Source: an uncultured Planctomycetota bacterium (GTDB taxonomy: Bacteria > Planctomycetota > Planctomycetia > Gemmatales > Gemmataceae). Taken from it: a stretch of DNA of 64,000 bases. This document shows positions 30,184-39,324 of this stretch, piece after piece. Under the pieces are notes generated by a model, which saw only the letters and a program-made list of their open reading frames with translations, made no database searches and was not told the DNA's origin. Within the stretch, counting starts at the first letter, position 1; every line of letters starts with the position of its first letter. The translations under genes and the position numbers were made by a program. The DNA is taken from NCBI GenBank assembly GCA_963849325.1, contig CAWKHF010000002.1:800001-864000 (forward strand). Direction: 5' to 3'.

Positions 30184-31554
30184 ATGCTGCACCTGTGCGG
30201 CCGCAGTCCGCGTTTGTGTGACGGCCTGAGCCGGCGTGAGTTTCTTCGCGCCGGCGGCCTGGGGCTGGCCGGTCTTTCCCTCCCTGACCTGTTCCGCGCG
30301 GAGGCCGCGCCGGCTCGAAATCGCATCCGCAGCGTCATCCAACTCTTTCTCTGGGGCGGCCCCTCGCAGCTGGAAACCTTCGACCTGAAACCGCACGCCC
30401 CCTCCGGCATCCGGGGCACATTCCGGCCCATCACCACGCGCACACCAGGGATGCAAATCTGCGAGCACCTGCCGCGCCTGGCCCAGCTCAGCGAGCAGTA
30501 CGCCCTCGTCCGTTCGCTGACGCACACCGGCACCAACCACGGCACCAGCGCCTATCACATGCTGACGGGCCACATCCATTTCAGCCCCGGCACGCTGCGC
30601 CATCCGGCGCCCAACGACTTCCCCAGCGTCAACGCTGCTGTCAACCGCTTCGCCCGTCCGCCGCGAGACATGCCGGCCACGGTCTCGCTGCCGTCGGTCC
30701 TCTACGATGGCGACGGCGGCGAGGTGCCCGGCCAGGGTCCCGGCCTGCTCGGCCAGCGTTTCACTCCGTTCATGGTCAACGGCGATCCGACGCAGCCAGA
30801 CTTCTCGATCCGAACGCTGACGCTGCCCGGCGACATGGACGGCCGCCGCTTGCGCGGCCGCATCGAGTTGCAAACCGCCCTCGACCGCGAGGGCGAACGC
30901 CTCGCCCGCCTGTCGTCGGCCCGCGCCATGGACGACTATCACGAACAGGCGTTTCGTCTGCTCCAGTCGCCGGCGGCGCGGCGGGCGTTCGACCTGTCCG
31001 CCGAGCCGGCCCGGCTGCGCCAGCGCTACGGCTGGCATCACTTCGGCCAAAGTTGCTTGCTGGCCCGCCGTCTCGTCGAAGCGCGCGTCCGTCTCGTCAC
31101 CGTGTACTGGAACGCGCCGACCAACGCCGACAACCAGAGCTGGGACACGCACAACAACAGCTTCGAGCGCCTCAGCAAGTATCTGCTTCCGGCCTACGAT
31201 CAGGCCGTGTCGGCGCTGCTGGAGGATCTGCAAGCGCGCGGCCTGCTGTCCGAAACGCTGGTCTTCAGCGCCGGCGAATTCGGCCGCACGCCGAAGATCA
31301 ACAAGCAGGCCGGCCGCGATCACTGGGGCTTTTGCCAGTCGATCTTGCTGTCCGGCGGCGGCGTACGCGGCGGTCAGGTGTACGGCTCCTCGGACGCCAC
31401 GGCCGCCTACGCCGCCGAGTTGCCGGTCAGCCCCGATGACCTCGCGGCGACTGTCTTCCACGGCCTGGGCATTCCGCTCGATCAGGAGATCCACGACAGC
31501 CAGGGTCGGCCGCTGCCCCTGTGCATCGGCAAACCCGTCGTGGGATTGTTCTGA
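30184..31554 (+). CDS. DUF1501 domain protein
   Basis: SRREFL Tat-like motif, GGPSQLETFDLKP, WDTH, GEFGRTP, GRDHW. Confidence 0.95.
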   Translation: MLHLCGRSPRLCDGLSRREFLRAGGLGLAGLSLPDLFRAEAAPARNRIRSVIQLFLWGGPSQLETFDLKPHAPSGIRGTFRPITTRTPGMQICEHLPRLAQLSEQYALVRSLTHTGTNHGTSAYHMLTGHIHFSPGTLRHPAPNDFPSVNAAVNRFARPPRDMPATVSLPSVLYDGDGGEVPGQGPGLLGQRFTPFMVNGDPTQPDFSIRTLTLPGDMDGRRLRGRIELQTALDREGERLARLSSARAMDDYHEQAFRLLQSPAARRAFDLSAEPARLRQRYGWHHFGQSCLLARRLVEARVRLVTVYWNAPTNADNQSWDTHNNSFERLSKYLLPAYDQAVSALLEDLQARGLLSETLVFSAGEFGRTPKINKQAGRDHWGFCQSILLSGGGVRGGQVYGSSDATAAYAAELPVSPDDLAATVFHGLGIPLDQEIHDSQGRPLPLCIGKPVVGLF

Positions 31555-31602
31555 GTGCGGTAAGCTGGCGCTCTCACCCGCATCGCCGCGAATGAGGAAA
31601 AA

Positions 31603-31638
31603 GAAGGACGCCCGGCGGACCATCCGCCGGGCGTCTTC
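31603..31638. terminator. GC-rich hairpin, probable terminator
   Basis: GACGCCCGGCGGA-CCA-TCCGCCGGGCGTC with A-rich 5' and pyrimidine-rich 3' flanks. Confidence 0.65.
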
Positions 31639-32084
31639 TCTTGGGGAAGAGTTGGTGCCTGTTGTGAAAGAGATGGCCGGGCGCCTACCGACCGGCGACA
31701 GTTGGCCCACAGTGTCCGAGGCAGGGATCTTTCCACACGGGTGGCGCCGTGGACCGTCCGAACGCCCGCCGGCAGAGCAAACCCGGCTCATCTCTCGTGC
31801 TCGCTCGGGCCGCTCCTCTGTTCGTCGGATAAACGCGGCGAAACGGGCGACTTCGCGCGATGGCTGTTTTTTCTCCAGAATTGTTGGGCGAATGCCGGCA
31901 GACTCGCTTCTACGGCGGGACGCATCCGCGCATCAATCTTACGCTTTTTTAACTTTCTTCTTGCATCGCGGTCATCGGGTTGCTACAAGAGGACGAATTC
32001 CGAAGAAGGAGTTCTCCTTCTCGCATCCGTTGAGTCGATCAATTGCGCGTCCCGACAGCCGGAGTCACCCCAAGGAGGTGGCCC

Positions 32085-33903
32085 ATGTTCGCCTGGCTGA
32101 AGACACGCACTAAGACCATCCGCAAAGACGCAAAAAGCGACATTACACCCATACCGACTCTTTTATTCTTCGGACGCATCTTGTGGACCAGATGGCTACG
32201 GAGGATGGGACGAGCATGCCGCCGGTTGCTGGGGGGTGAGACTTCAAGCGTGTCCAGGCTCCCGAAACGTCGCCATCCTCGGCCGACGAGGCGGTTGGTC
32301 CTGGAAGGATTGGAAGATCGCACAATGCCCTCGGTGACGCTGGTGGACGCACCGCCGGCCCAGCCGTCGCTCACTCCCGCAGCCCGCTACGCGCAGCCGT
32401 CGATGCCTTCGCTGGCGAATGAGGCCATTCATGAGGAAACGCGCGCGGCCCAGTCCGTGCAGCCGGCGATGCCCTCTTCCTCCATGACGGTGTTGCAGAT
32501 CCAGTGGCGACAGGCGGAGCATCCTTCAGTCCTCGGCTCCGACCGCGGTCCTGGCGAGGCACATCTCTTGTCTCCGGCCGGGGTGCCGGTAGCCGTGTCG
32601 GTCTGGTACGGCGGGTTCGGCAGCAACGCGGGCCGAATCTTTCGTTCGGCTTCACCAGTGGTCCTTTCAGCGCTTCGGTCCTCGGCTTCGGTAATGGCTG
32701 CGGAGATGGGCGGCGGCGGTGGCAGCTATACGACCGCAGCGGCCTGATCTCCGGCACCCTCGCCACGGGCGCGGCCGCCAATGGTCCGTACACGGTGACA
32801 GTCAGCGCCAGCGATGCCCAGGGCAATAGTAGCGCTCAGCAATTCACCTGGAACGTCAGTCTGCCGGCGCACGCTCTGAGCTTGGCCAATCCCGGCAACC
32901 AGAGCAACGCCGAGGGCGACACGGTATCGCTGCAGATGCAAGGCAGCGATCCCGACGGCGATACCTTGACGTACACGGCCAGCGGCTTGCCGGTGGGGCT
33001 GTCTATCGATGCGCAAACGGGTCTCATCTCCGGGACCGTCGATTACAGTGCGGCGGAGATCTCCGGCGGACAATATGCGGTGACGGTGGTGGTCAATGAC
33101 GGCAACGGCGACACCGCCAAGCAATCGTTCCAGTGGACGATCGCGGACACGGAGCAGGGTCCGTGGCTGGCCTATCCGGGACTGCAGAACAACGCGGTGA
33201 ATGACAAGGTGACACTGCCATTGCAGGCCGGTTCGCCCGACGGCAGGGTGCTGACATACTCGGCGGACGGCTTGCCGGCGGGCTTGTCGGTCAATGCCCA
33301 GACGGGTGTCATCAGCGGGGCGATTACGGCGGCGCCTGCCAATTACACGGTGACGGCGTCGGTGACGGATGGGTTGAAGACGGCGTCGCAGACGTTCACC
33401 TGGCAGGTATCAAACACGACGGCACCCAAGGTAACCCTGGCGATCAACGGCACGGTGGACCACAGCGACGACGTGGGCATCGTCGATCCGTCGTTGCGGA
33501 TTCCGCTGACGATCACGCTGACGAACGCGGGTCCGGGGACGCATCAGGTGCAGATCAACATTCCGTCGGGGTTTTCGGAAGTGGATGATTCGCAGTTCGA
33601 GATGACGGATGGCGCGACGGTGACGACATGGCTGACGCCGTTGCAGGAGAGCGACGAGCCGGATGACGTAGACATTCAGGCGAAGGTAGACGGCTTCCTG
33701 GCTGCGGACCAGAAGATGACCAACGTCAAGGTGAGCTTTGGCAACGACGGCCATGTCAAAAACGCAGATACGCCGACAGGCATGGCCGACCGTATTCCGC
33801 CGAGTGCGGATGCGGCGGTGAAGACACCGGTGCAATTGACGCTCAGCGATGACCTAGGTCCGGGCGAGGAGTTGTACTTGGTGATCCGAGGTGATGCGCA
33901 TAA
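32085..33903 (+). pseudogene. planctomycete extracellular protein with putative Ig (He_PIG) repeats, frameshifted and 3'-truncated by an IS5 derivative
   Basis: AAGGAGGT RBS, RRLVLEGLEDRTMPS motif, repeats LTYTASGLPVGLSIDAQTGLISGT; the frame runs into the terminal inverted repeat at 33904. Confidence 0.75.
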
Positions 33904-34077
33904 GAGCCACTAACAAAAAGAGTCATTTATAAGAACCGAAAGCATATCAGAGCGAGGGCGAGGTTGAAGTCGGAGACAAGCGGCTTGGCCATGACAATAC
34001 CTCCTGGGACGAGGGAATCGGTCCCGAGAGATAAAAAGGCGAATACCATGCCGATTGCCTCTTTTTGTTAGTGCCTC
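33904..34077 (-). mobile_element. non-autonomous IS5-family deletion derivative (MITE), 174 bp
   Basis: 19-bp terminal inverted repeats GAGCCACTAACAAAAAGAG / CTCTTTTTGTTAGTGCCTC (1 mismatch); internal AGGAGG plus mini-ORF 33992..33927 MAKPLVSD-FNLALALICFRFL*. Confidence 0.8.
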
Positions 34078-34378
34078 TGAAGATCCACCTGAACATCAAT
34101 CAATGACCAAGCCCCGCCGGCAGGATTGGGAACAAAAGCCCCTCCCGGATAGGCGGACCCCAACAACGCCTGCACCTCGAAAAGGGCTACGGAGGCGTCT
34201 TCGGCGAGGTAGAGAATTTCAAAGGCGGGATCGGCCAGAGTGCCGGGTTGAAACGGGTTGCGTGCGTTGTTGTATGAACCGTGCCGAGAGGATTGGCCAA
34301 GTGCCTGGGATGTAACGCGCGAACTCACGTCCCATGAAGCGGACGACGGGGTAGATGACCACATTGCGCCAGCTTCAT
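34078..34378 (-). pseudogene. RES-domain toxin, degraded
   Basis: MKLAQCGHLPRRPLHGT*VRAL...TRFNP / GTLADPAFEILYLAEDASVALFEVQALLG; in-frame TGA, a frameshift and truncation at the MITE. Confidence 0.75.
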
Positions 34379-34582
34379 GAAAACGACCCGTTTCGGATGG
34401 CATCCAATAAGTTCCGCAACACGGGTTCCTTGGGCGTGCCCACCAGCGTTCTCGGCTTCTCGCCGCCCAGTTGATCGTTTTTCGTGTCGAGCCATTTGTC
34501 CGGCTCGTCAACGAGTTCGCGCACCGAGATCCTCGACCGAAGGCAAAGCGGTCGAATGCGGCTTTTTTTTCGGTATGGTCAT
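34375..34582 (-). pseudogene. Xre/MbcA/ParS C-terminal-type antitoxin, frameshifted
   Basis: DEPDKWLDTKNDQLGGEKPRTLVGT...LRNLLDAIRNG; ATGA overlap with the RES gene. Confidence 0.7.
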
Positions 34583-34711
34583 GAGGTAGGGATCTCGAGG
34601 GAACAGTGTGCCGCTTAAGATCGAAAAAGTCTCTTGAAACCTTTACGGGCCAACCCGCCGCGCCAGGAGGGGACGAACCCTTGCTGGCGCCGCGGGCTGG
34701 CAAAACACGTC

Positions 34712-35590
34712 TCACTCCTTTTGCAGCGGCGTCACCCACAGATAAACCTTGTGCGGCCGGCCGTCTTCCTTGGAATCAACCGTCACGACCTGCTTGGGCT
34801 TGACCCCTTTCATCTTGAAATCGTGGGAGACGATGCGCGATCCGTCCTTCATCTTCTCCAGCTGGGGGATCAGCTTGACGTTCAGCTCCGGCAGCAGGTA
34901 GAGCGTGACGACGCTGGCCGGCCGCAGGTCCAGCTGGAAAATGTCTTTCTCCTCGATGGTCACGAGCTTTTCGACCTTGCCGGCCTTGACGCTGTCGCGC
35001 GACTCCTGGACGCGCTCGGGGTCGATGTCGAAGCCCATCGCCTTGCAGCCGTACTTCTTCGCCGCCGTGACGACGATGATGCCGTCGCCGCAGCCGAGGT
35101 CGTAGAGGAGGTCGTCTTTCTTGGCCTCGGCGAGTTCGAGCATCTTGTCCACCACGTCCTGCGGCGTCGGCACGAACACCACGTCCGGCTTCCGTCCCGG
35201 CTTCTTCGCCTTCTTTTCCTTGTCCTCTTTTGTTTTTGTGTCCGCATTCGTTGTCTTCTCGACGGCCTCTTGGAGCAAGTCCACTTCCTTGTCGTCGCCG
35301 GCCCGGATGTGAACGGTCTTCTTCCGCGTGACGGATTTGCCGTCCTTCTGGTACGTCCATTCGAGCGTGTAATGATAGCTCTTGCCCGGCTCCAGCGGAG
35401 GCGAGTAGAAGCGGCGCAGCAGGCCGGTCTGCCGGCTCTCCTGGCCATCGATGACCAGGCGAGCGTCCGCGGGCAGACGGACGCGCAACGTCGCACGCTG
35501 CTCCTCCTCTCCTCCTCGGGCGGGTGCCAGCGCCAGCGCGAGACAGGCGCAGGCGAGAGAGGAACGACCCAGACGAATCGTGCTTGGCAT
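34712..35590 (-). CDS. signal peptide + TIGR03000-like domain + class I SAM methyltransferase
   Basis: VRLPADARLVIDG..FYSPPLEPGKSYHY; VFVPTPQDVVDKML, YDLGCGDG, VVTLYL, RIVSHDF. Confidence 0.85.
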   Translation of the reverse strand: MPSTIRLGRSSLACACLALALAPARGGEEEQRATLRVRLPADARLVIDGQESRQTGLLRRFYSPPLEPGKSYHYTLEWTYQKDGKSVTRKKTVHIRAGDDKEVDLLQEAVEKTTNADTKTKEDKEKKAKKPGRKPDVVFVPTPQDVVDKMLELAEAKKDDLLYDLGCGDGIIVVTAAKKYGCKAMGFDIDPERVQESRDSVKAGKVEKLVTIEEKDIFQLDLRPASVVTLYLLPELNVKLIPQLEKMKDGSRIVSHDFKMKGVKPKQVVTVDSKEDGRPHKVYLWVTPLQKE

Positions 35591-35606
35591 GGATGTGTCC
35601 TCCGCG

Positions 35607-37070
35607 TCAATCGGGACCAACCACGGACTCGATCGCGCGCTTGCCGGGTGCCCGCGGACGGGTCATCCGCTGCGAGACCCGATACAGCACCAACCCGGCG
35701 ACCGCCACCAGGCTGGACACGGCGAACAGGCCGCCCAGCAGGTCGAAGCGCTGCTGGGCGTAGCTGAGGCCGGCATAGATCATATAGGCACAAATGGCGC
35801 AAAAGATGAGGGGCAATTCCGGGTAGAGCGGGACGGTGAACGGACGGTGGATGTCCGAGTCACGCTGGCGCAGCACGAACAGAGATAGGCCCGTCAACAG
35901 AAAAAACGACCAGAACAGCGGGGTGGTAAAGACCGTCAGTACCTCGAAGCCGCCGTGGCCCTCCCACTGGACGGCCCCGAGTGCGCCGTGAGCCAGCACG
36001 TCGTTGACCAGGGCGCGGCCGGCCGGCGTGCCGACCACGCCGATCATGAAGAGGCTGACGGTCGCCTGCACCAGCAGCGCCCCCACGGTGCCCGGGTCCG
36101 TGCATAGCCTCGGCCGAGCCAGGCGAAGATGGGGTGATCGCCACCGAGGGACGAGTACACGCGCGAGCCGGAGAACAGCATGCCATTGATGGCTCCTCAG
36201 CGCCGACACCATGACGAGCACAGCCATCGCCCGCGCGCCCCACTCACCCAGGGCACGGGCCAGCAGGTCCGCGGCGATCGCCTTCGACTGCCGAGCTTGC
36301 TCGAAGCCCAGTCCCCAGAGGAAAGCCGCGTTGAGCAGCAGGTAGAGTATGGTAATAGCCACGGTGCCCAGTAGCAGGGCGCGGGCGATGGCGCGCGGTC
36401 CGCCGCGCACCTCGGCAGCGACGAAGGCCGCGTCGTTCCAGCCGCCGTAGGTCAACAGGACCAATACCATCGCCACGGCCAGCGACGGCGTCCCGCTCGC
36501 GGCGGGGACAACGACGGCGGTCATGGGCTGCGGCCAGCCGAACCCCGCCAGGAGGACGCCGCTCAGGCCGACGACCTTGGCCAGCGTCAGCGCGTTCTGC
36601 ACTCTCTTGCCGAAGACGACGCCCAGCAGGTTGAGCAAGGTCAGCGCCAGCACCGCTCCGCAGGCCCACGCCCACTGCCACGCGAACGGCACGCCCCAAA
36701 TCGGCGCCGCGTAATCGGCGAAGACGAAGCCCATCATGGCGATGTTGGCGGCGCGAATGGCGACCAGCTGAAACCAGGCGAACAGGAAGCCCAGCCACGG
36801 ACCGAAGGCTCGCGTCAGGTAGACATAATCGCCGCCGGAGCGCGGATAGGTGCTGGCCAATTCCGCGAAGCAGAAAGCACCCACCAGAGACAGAGCGCCG
36901 CCCAGGGCCCAGACGCCCATGGCCTGCCACGGCCCCGAGACGTTTCGCAGCACCAGCGGCGGCGTTTCGTAGATGCCTGTTCCAACGACGATGCCGATCA
37001 TGATGCTGACCACGTCCCCCAGTCCGAGCGGGGCATGGTGCGAGGAAGCCTCGGAAGCGGAACGCGCCAT
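35607..37070 (-). CDS. APC family amino acid permease, compensating frameshifts near 36190 and 36100
   Basis: IVVGTGIY, AELASTYPRSGGDYVYL, YGGWN, RPFTVPLYP. Confidence 0.9.
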   Translation of the reverse strand: MARSASEASSHHAPLGLGDVVSIMIGIVVGTGIYETPPLVLRNVSGPWQAMGVWALGGALSLVGAFCFAELASTYPRSGGDYVYLTRAFGPWLGFLFAWFQLVAIRAANIAMMGFVFADYAAPIWGVPFAWQWAWACGAVLALTLLNLLGVVFGKRVQNALTLAKVVGLSGVLLAGFGWPQPMTAVVVPAASGTPSLAVAMVLVLLTYGGWNDAAFVAAEVRGGPRAIARALLLGTVAITILYLLLNAAFLWGLGFEQARQSKAIAADLLARALGEWGARAMAVLVMVSALRSHQWHAVLRLARVLVPRWRSPHLRLARPRLCTDPGTVGALLVQATVSLFMIGVVGTPAGRALVNDVLAHGALGAVQWEGHGGFEVLTVFTTPLFWSFFLLTGLSLFVLRQRDSDIHRPFTVPLYPELPLIFCAICAYMIYAGLSYAQQRFDLLGGLFAVSSLVAVAGLVLYRVSQRMTRPRAPGKRAIESVVGPD

Positions 37071-37162
37071 GAGTTTGCATCCTTCCGGAGAGAGAGCGGA
37101 AGGACGGAAGATAGCCCATCCATCAAGGCATTGCAAGCGGGGAAAGGATCGTGAGAGAGTAT

Positions 37163-37236
37163 TACGCCCGGCAGGAATCGAACCTGCAACCTGCGGTTCC
37201 GAAGACCGCTGCTCTATCCAATTGAGCTACGGGCGC
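37163..37236 (-). tRNA. tRNA-Arg (anticodon UCG), CCA not encoded
   Basis: GCGCCCGTAGCTCAATTGGATAGAGCA GCGGT CTTCGGA ACCGC AGGTTGCAGGTTCGATTCCTGCCGGGCGTA folds as a cloverleaf. Confidence 0.95.
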
Positions 37237-37384
37237 GATGTTATTCCGTGTGGGTTTAAGTCTCCGGGAATGGAGGGATCGGACTCCTGAGGGACAGGAG
37301 AATCAAGACATCGAAGAACGCAGCACGACACCAATCTACCAGATCCCGTCTTCTTGACAAGGCGCGAAGAAGGAACGTGATTTG

Positions 37385-37441
37385 TCCGAGCCTGAAGCGT
37401 TAGCGAAGGAATGGCAGCTTCGCTAACGCTTCAGGCTCGGA
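37385..37441. repeat. REP palindrome family A, copy 2
   Basis: TCCGAGCCTGAAGCGTTAGCGAAG / CTTCGCTAACGCTTCAGGCTCGGA, 24-bp perfect arms. Confidence 0.9.
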
Positions 37442-38620
37442 GGAGCGCCGTCTCGCAGCACCCGCACCGTCTCGCGCACGATGGTCAGATCCTCGCGGGT
37501 GGCAATGACCAGAATGCGACCGCGCGACGAGGACGAGGCCACGTCCGCATCGGGATGACACCGGGCGTTGGCGTCCGCATCCAGTTCCAACCCCAGACAT
37601 TCCAACCCACGGCAGGCGGCGGCACGGATCGAGGCCGAGTGTTCGCCGACGCCGGCCGTGAACACCAGGGCATCGACGCCGCCCAGCACCGCCGTCATCG
37701 CTCCGATCGTCTTCCGCAGTCGGTGGACGTAGATGTCCAGGGCCAGCACGGCGCGGGCGTTGCCGTTGTGGGCCGCCTCTTCGACCTGCCGCATGTCGCC
37801 GGAAACACCGGAGACGCCCAGCAGGCCCGACTCGCGGTTGAGCACCCGATCTACGTCTTCGGCCGTGAGGTTCTTGTGCCGAAGGACGTACAGCAGCAAG
37901 CTCGGATCGACGGAGCCGCTGCGCGTGCCCATCATGAGGCCCTCCAGCGGCGTGAAGCCCATCGACGTGTCCACGCAGACGCCGTCGCGCACGGCGGACA
38001 GCGAACAGCCGTTACCCAGATGGCAGATGACCAGCCGCAGGCCGGCGGCGTCGCGCCGCAGCATCCGCGCCGCTCGGCCGGCACAGTAAGCGTGGCTGAG
38101 TCCGTGGAAGCCGTAGCGGCGCAGCTGCCAGTCGTGCGTCCAGGCGTAGGGGATGGGGTAGGTGCGTGCCGCCTCGGGCAGAGTGGCGTGAAAGGCGGTG
38201 TCGAAGACGGCGACGTGCGGCAGGTGCGGCCAGGCTTGCTCGGCCGCCTCAATGCCCTCCAGGTTGACCGCGGTGTGCAGCGGCGCGATGTCCGCTCAGC
38301 TCGGCCAGGTGTGCCTTGACTTGCGGCGTGATACGAACGCCGGACGTGTAGCGCGGCCCGCCGTGGACGACGCGATGACCCACGGCGGCGACGCCAATGT
38401 CCCTCTCGTGCAATTGCCCCAGGATGTGAGCGATCGCCGCTCCGTGGCGGACGGCTTCGAGTTGGGAGACGACCGGTTCCGACCCCGCCGCGCGGAGAAC
38501 CAGCTGCGCCGGCCTCCTCGACCAGTCCGCCTGGCCATCGAGAATCGTCTGTTCCCCCTCGGACTCGAGGACGCTGAATTTCACGGTGCTCGAGCCGGTA
38601 TTCAGGACCAGGACCTTCAT
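37423..38620 (-). CDS. ackA: acetate kinase, frameshifts near 38290 and 38070
   Basis: LVLNTGSSTVK, GHRVVHGG, VFDTAFH, RYGFHG, CHLGNG, DTSMGFTPLEGLMMGTRSG, FTAGVGE. Confidence 0.95.
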
Positions 38621-38754
38621 CGTCTTCTCCGATTTGGGAGGGAGGTCTACCTCAACCCCTTGCGTTGTCGCCAGCCGATCGACATACTAGCACACGAAGG
38701 AGAAGGGGTACTTGGCAGACATCAACCCGAAACCTACTCGGAGGCGAGCGTCCC

Positions 38755-39111
38755 ATGGTCGAGGAGCCTGGACAGGGCATGGTGCAGTCGGAGATCGTGC
38801 TCGACGACAGTGAGGCGCATTCCGCCTACTCGAATTTCGCGCGCGTCACCGCCACGCCGGAGGAAGTCATCATCGATTTCGCCCTCAATCCCAACCCGTT
38901 CGTGCAGGGCAAACATGAGGTGAAGATCACGCAGCGGCTGATCGTGAACTTCTACACGGCCAAGCGGCTGTGCCGGGCGCTGGCTGGCGACGCTGCAACG
39001 GATCGAAGCCTCGTTCGGCCCCATCGAGCTGGACGTGCAATCGCCGCGCCCAGGGCATCCAGCCGCCGGGCGGACCGATGCAGAAATAAGGGACTAGGGA
39101 CTAGGGACTAG
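38755..39111 (+). CDS. DUF3467-like protein (3' end frameshifted)
   Basis: AYSNFARVTATPEEVIIDFALNP...RLIVNFYTAKRL; GGAGG RBS. Confidence 0.8.
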   Translation: MVEEPGQGMVQSEIVLDDSEAHSAYSNFARVTATPEEVIIDFALNPNPFVQGKHEVKITQRLIVNFYTAKRLCRALAGDAATDRSLVRPHRAGRAIAAPRASSRRADRCRNKGLGTRD

Positions 39112-39153
39112 GGAAGAAGGCGCCTAGTCCCTAGTCCCTAGTCCCTAGTCCCT
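39089..39153. repeat. inverted heptamer tandem arrays (AGGGACT)n / (AGTCCCT)n
   Basis: 3+ copies facing 4 copies, forming a long hairpin. Confidence 0.9.
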
Positions 39154-39324
39154 TCTTCTGCGGTGACAAAAACGGGCGTAGGGGTGTTGCATTCCCGGCG
39201 GAACCGGGTGACAATAGGTGCGCTGCGAACTTCGGACGAGCGGCTCCCTCCTCCCCGGAGGGGAAACCCATCCGCTCGTCTCTTCCTGCCTGAATTGGTC
39301 CTGCCACCTTGGGGGGTATGTCTG

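Noticed and set aside
34324-34330. TGA in the RES gene as a second selenocysteine
   Set aside because: The position fits Trp (GTW.R) rather than Cys, and the gene is also frameshifted and truncated
34068-34739. 223-aa ORF as an intact gene
   Set aside because: Only its last ~60 aa are in the RES frame; the rest is out-of-frame antitoxin and intergenic sequence
37163-37400. tRNA-anchored prophage or genomic island
   Set aside because: No integrase and no duplicated tRNA 3' end seen in the window
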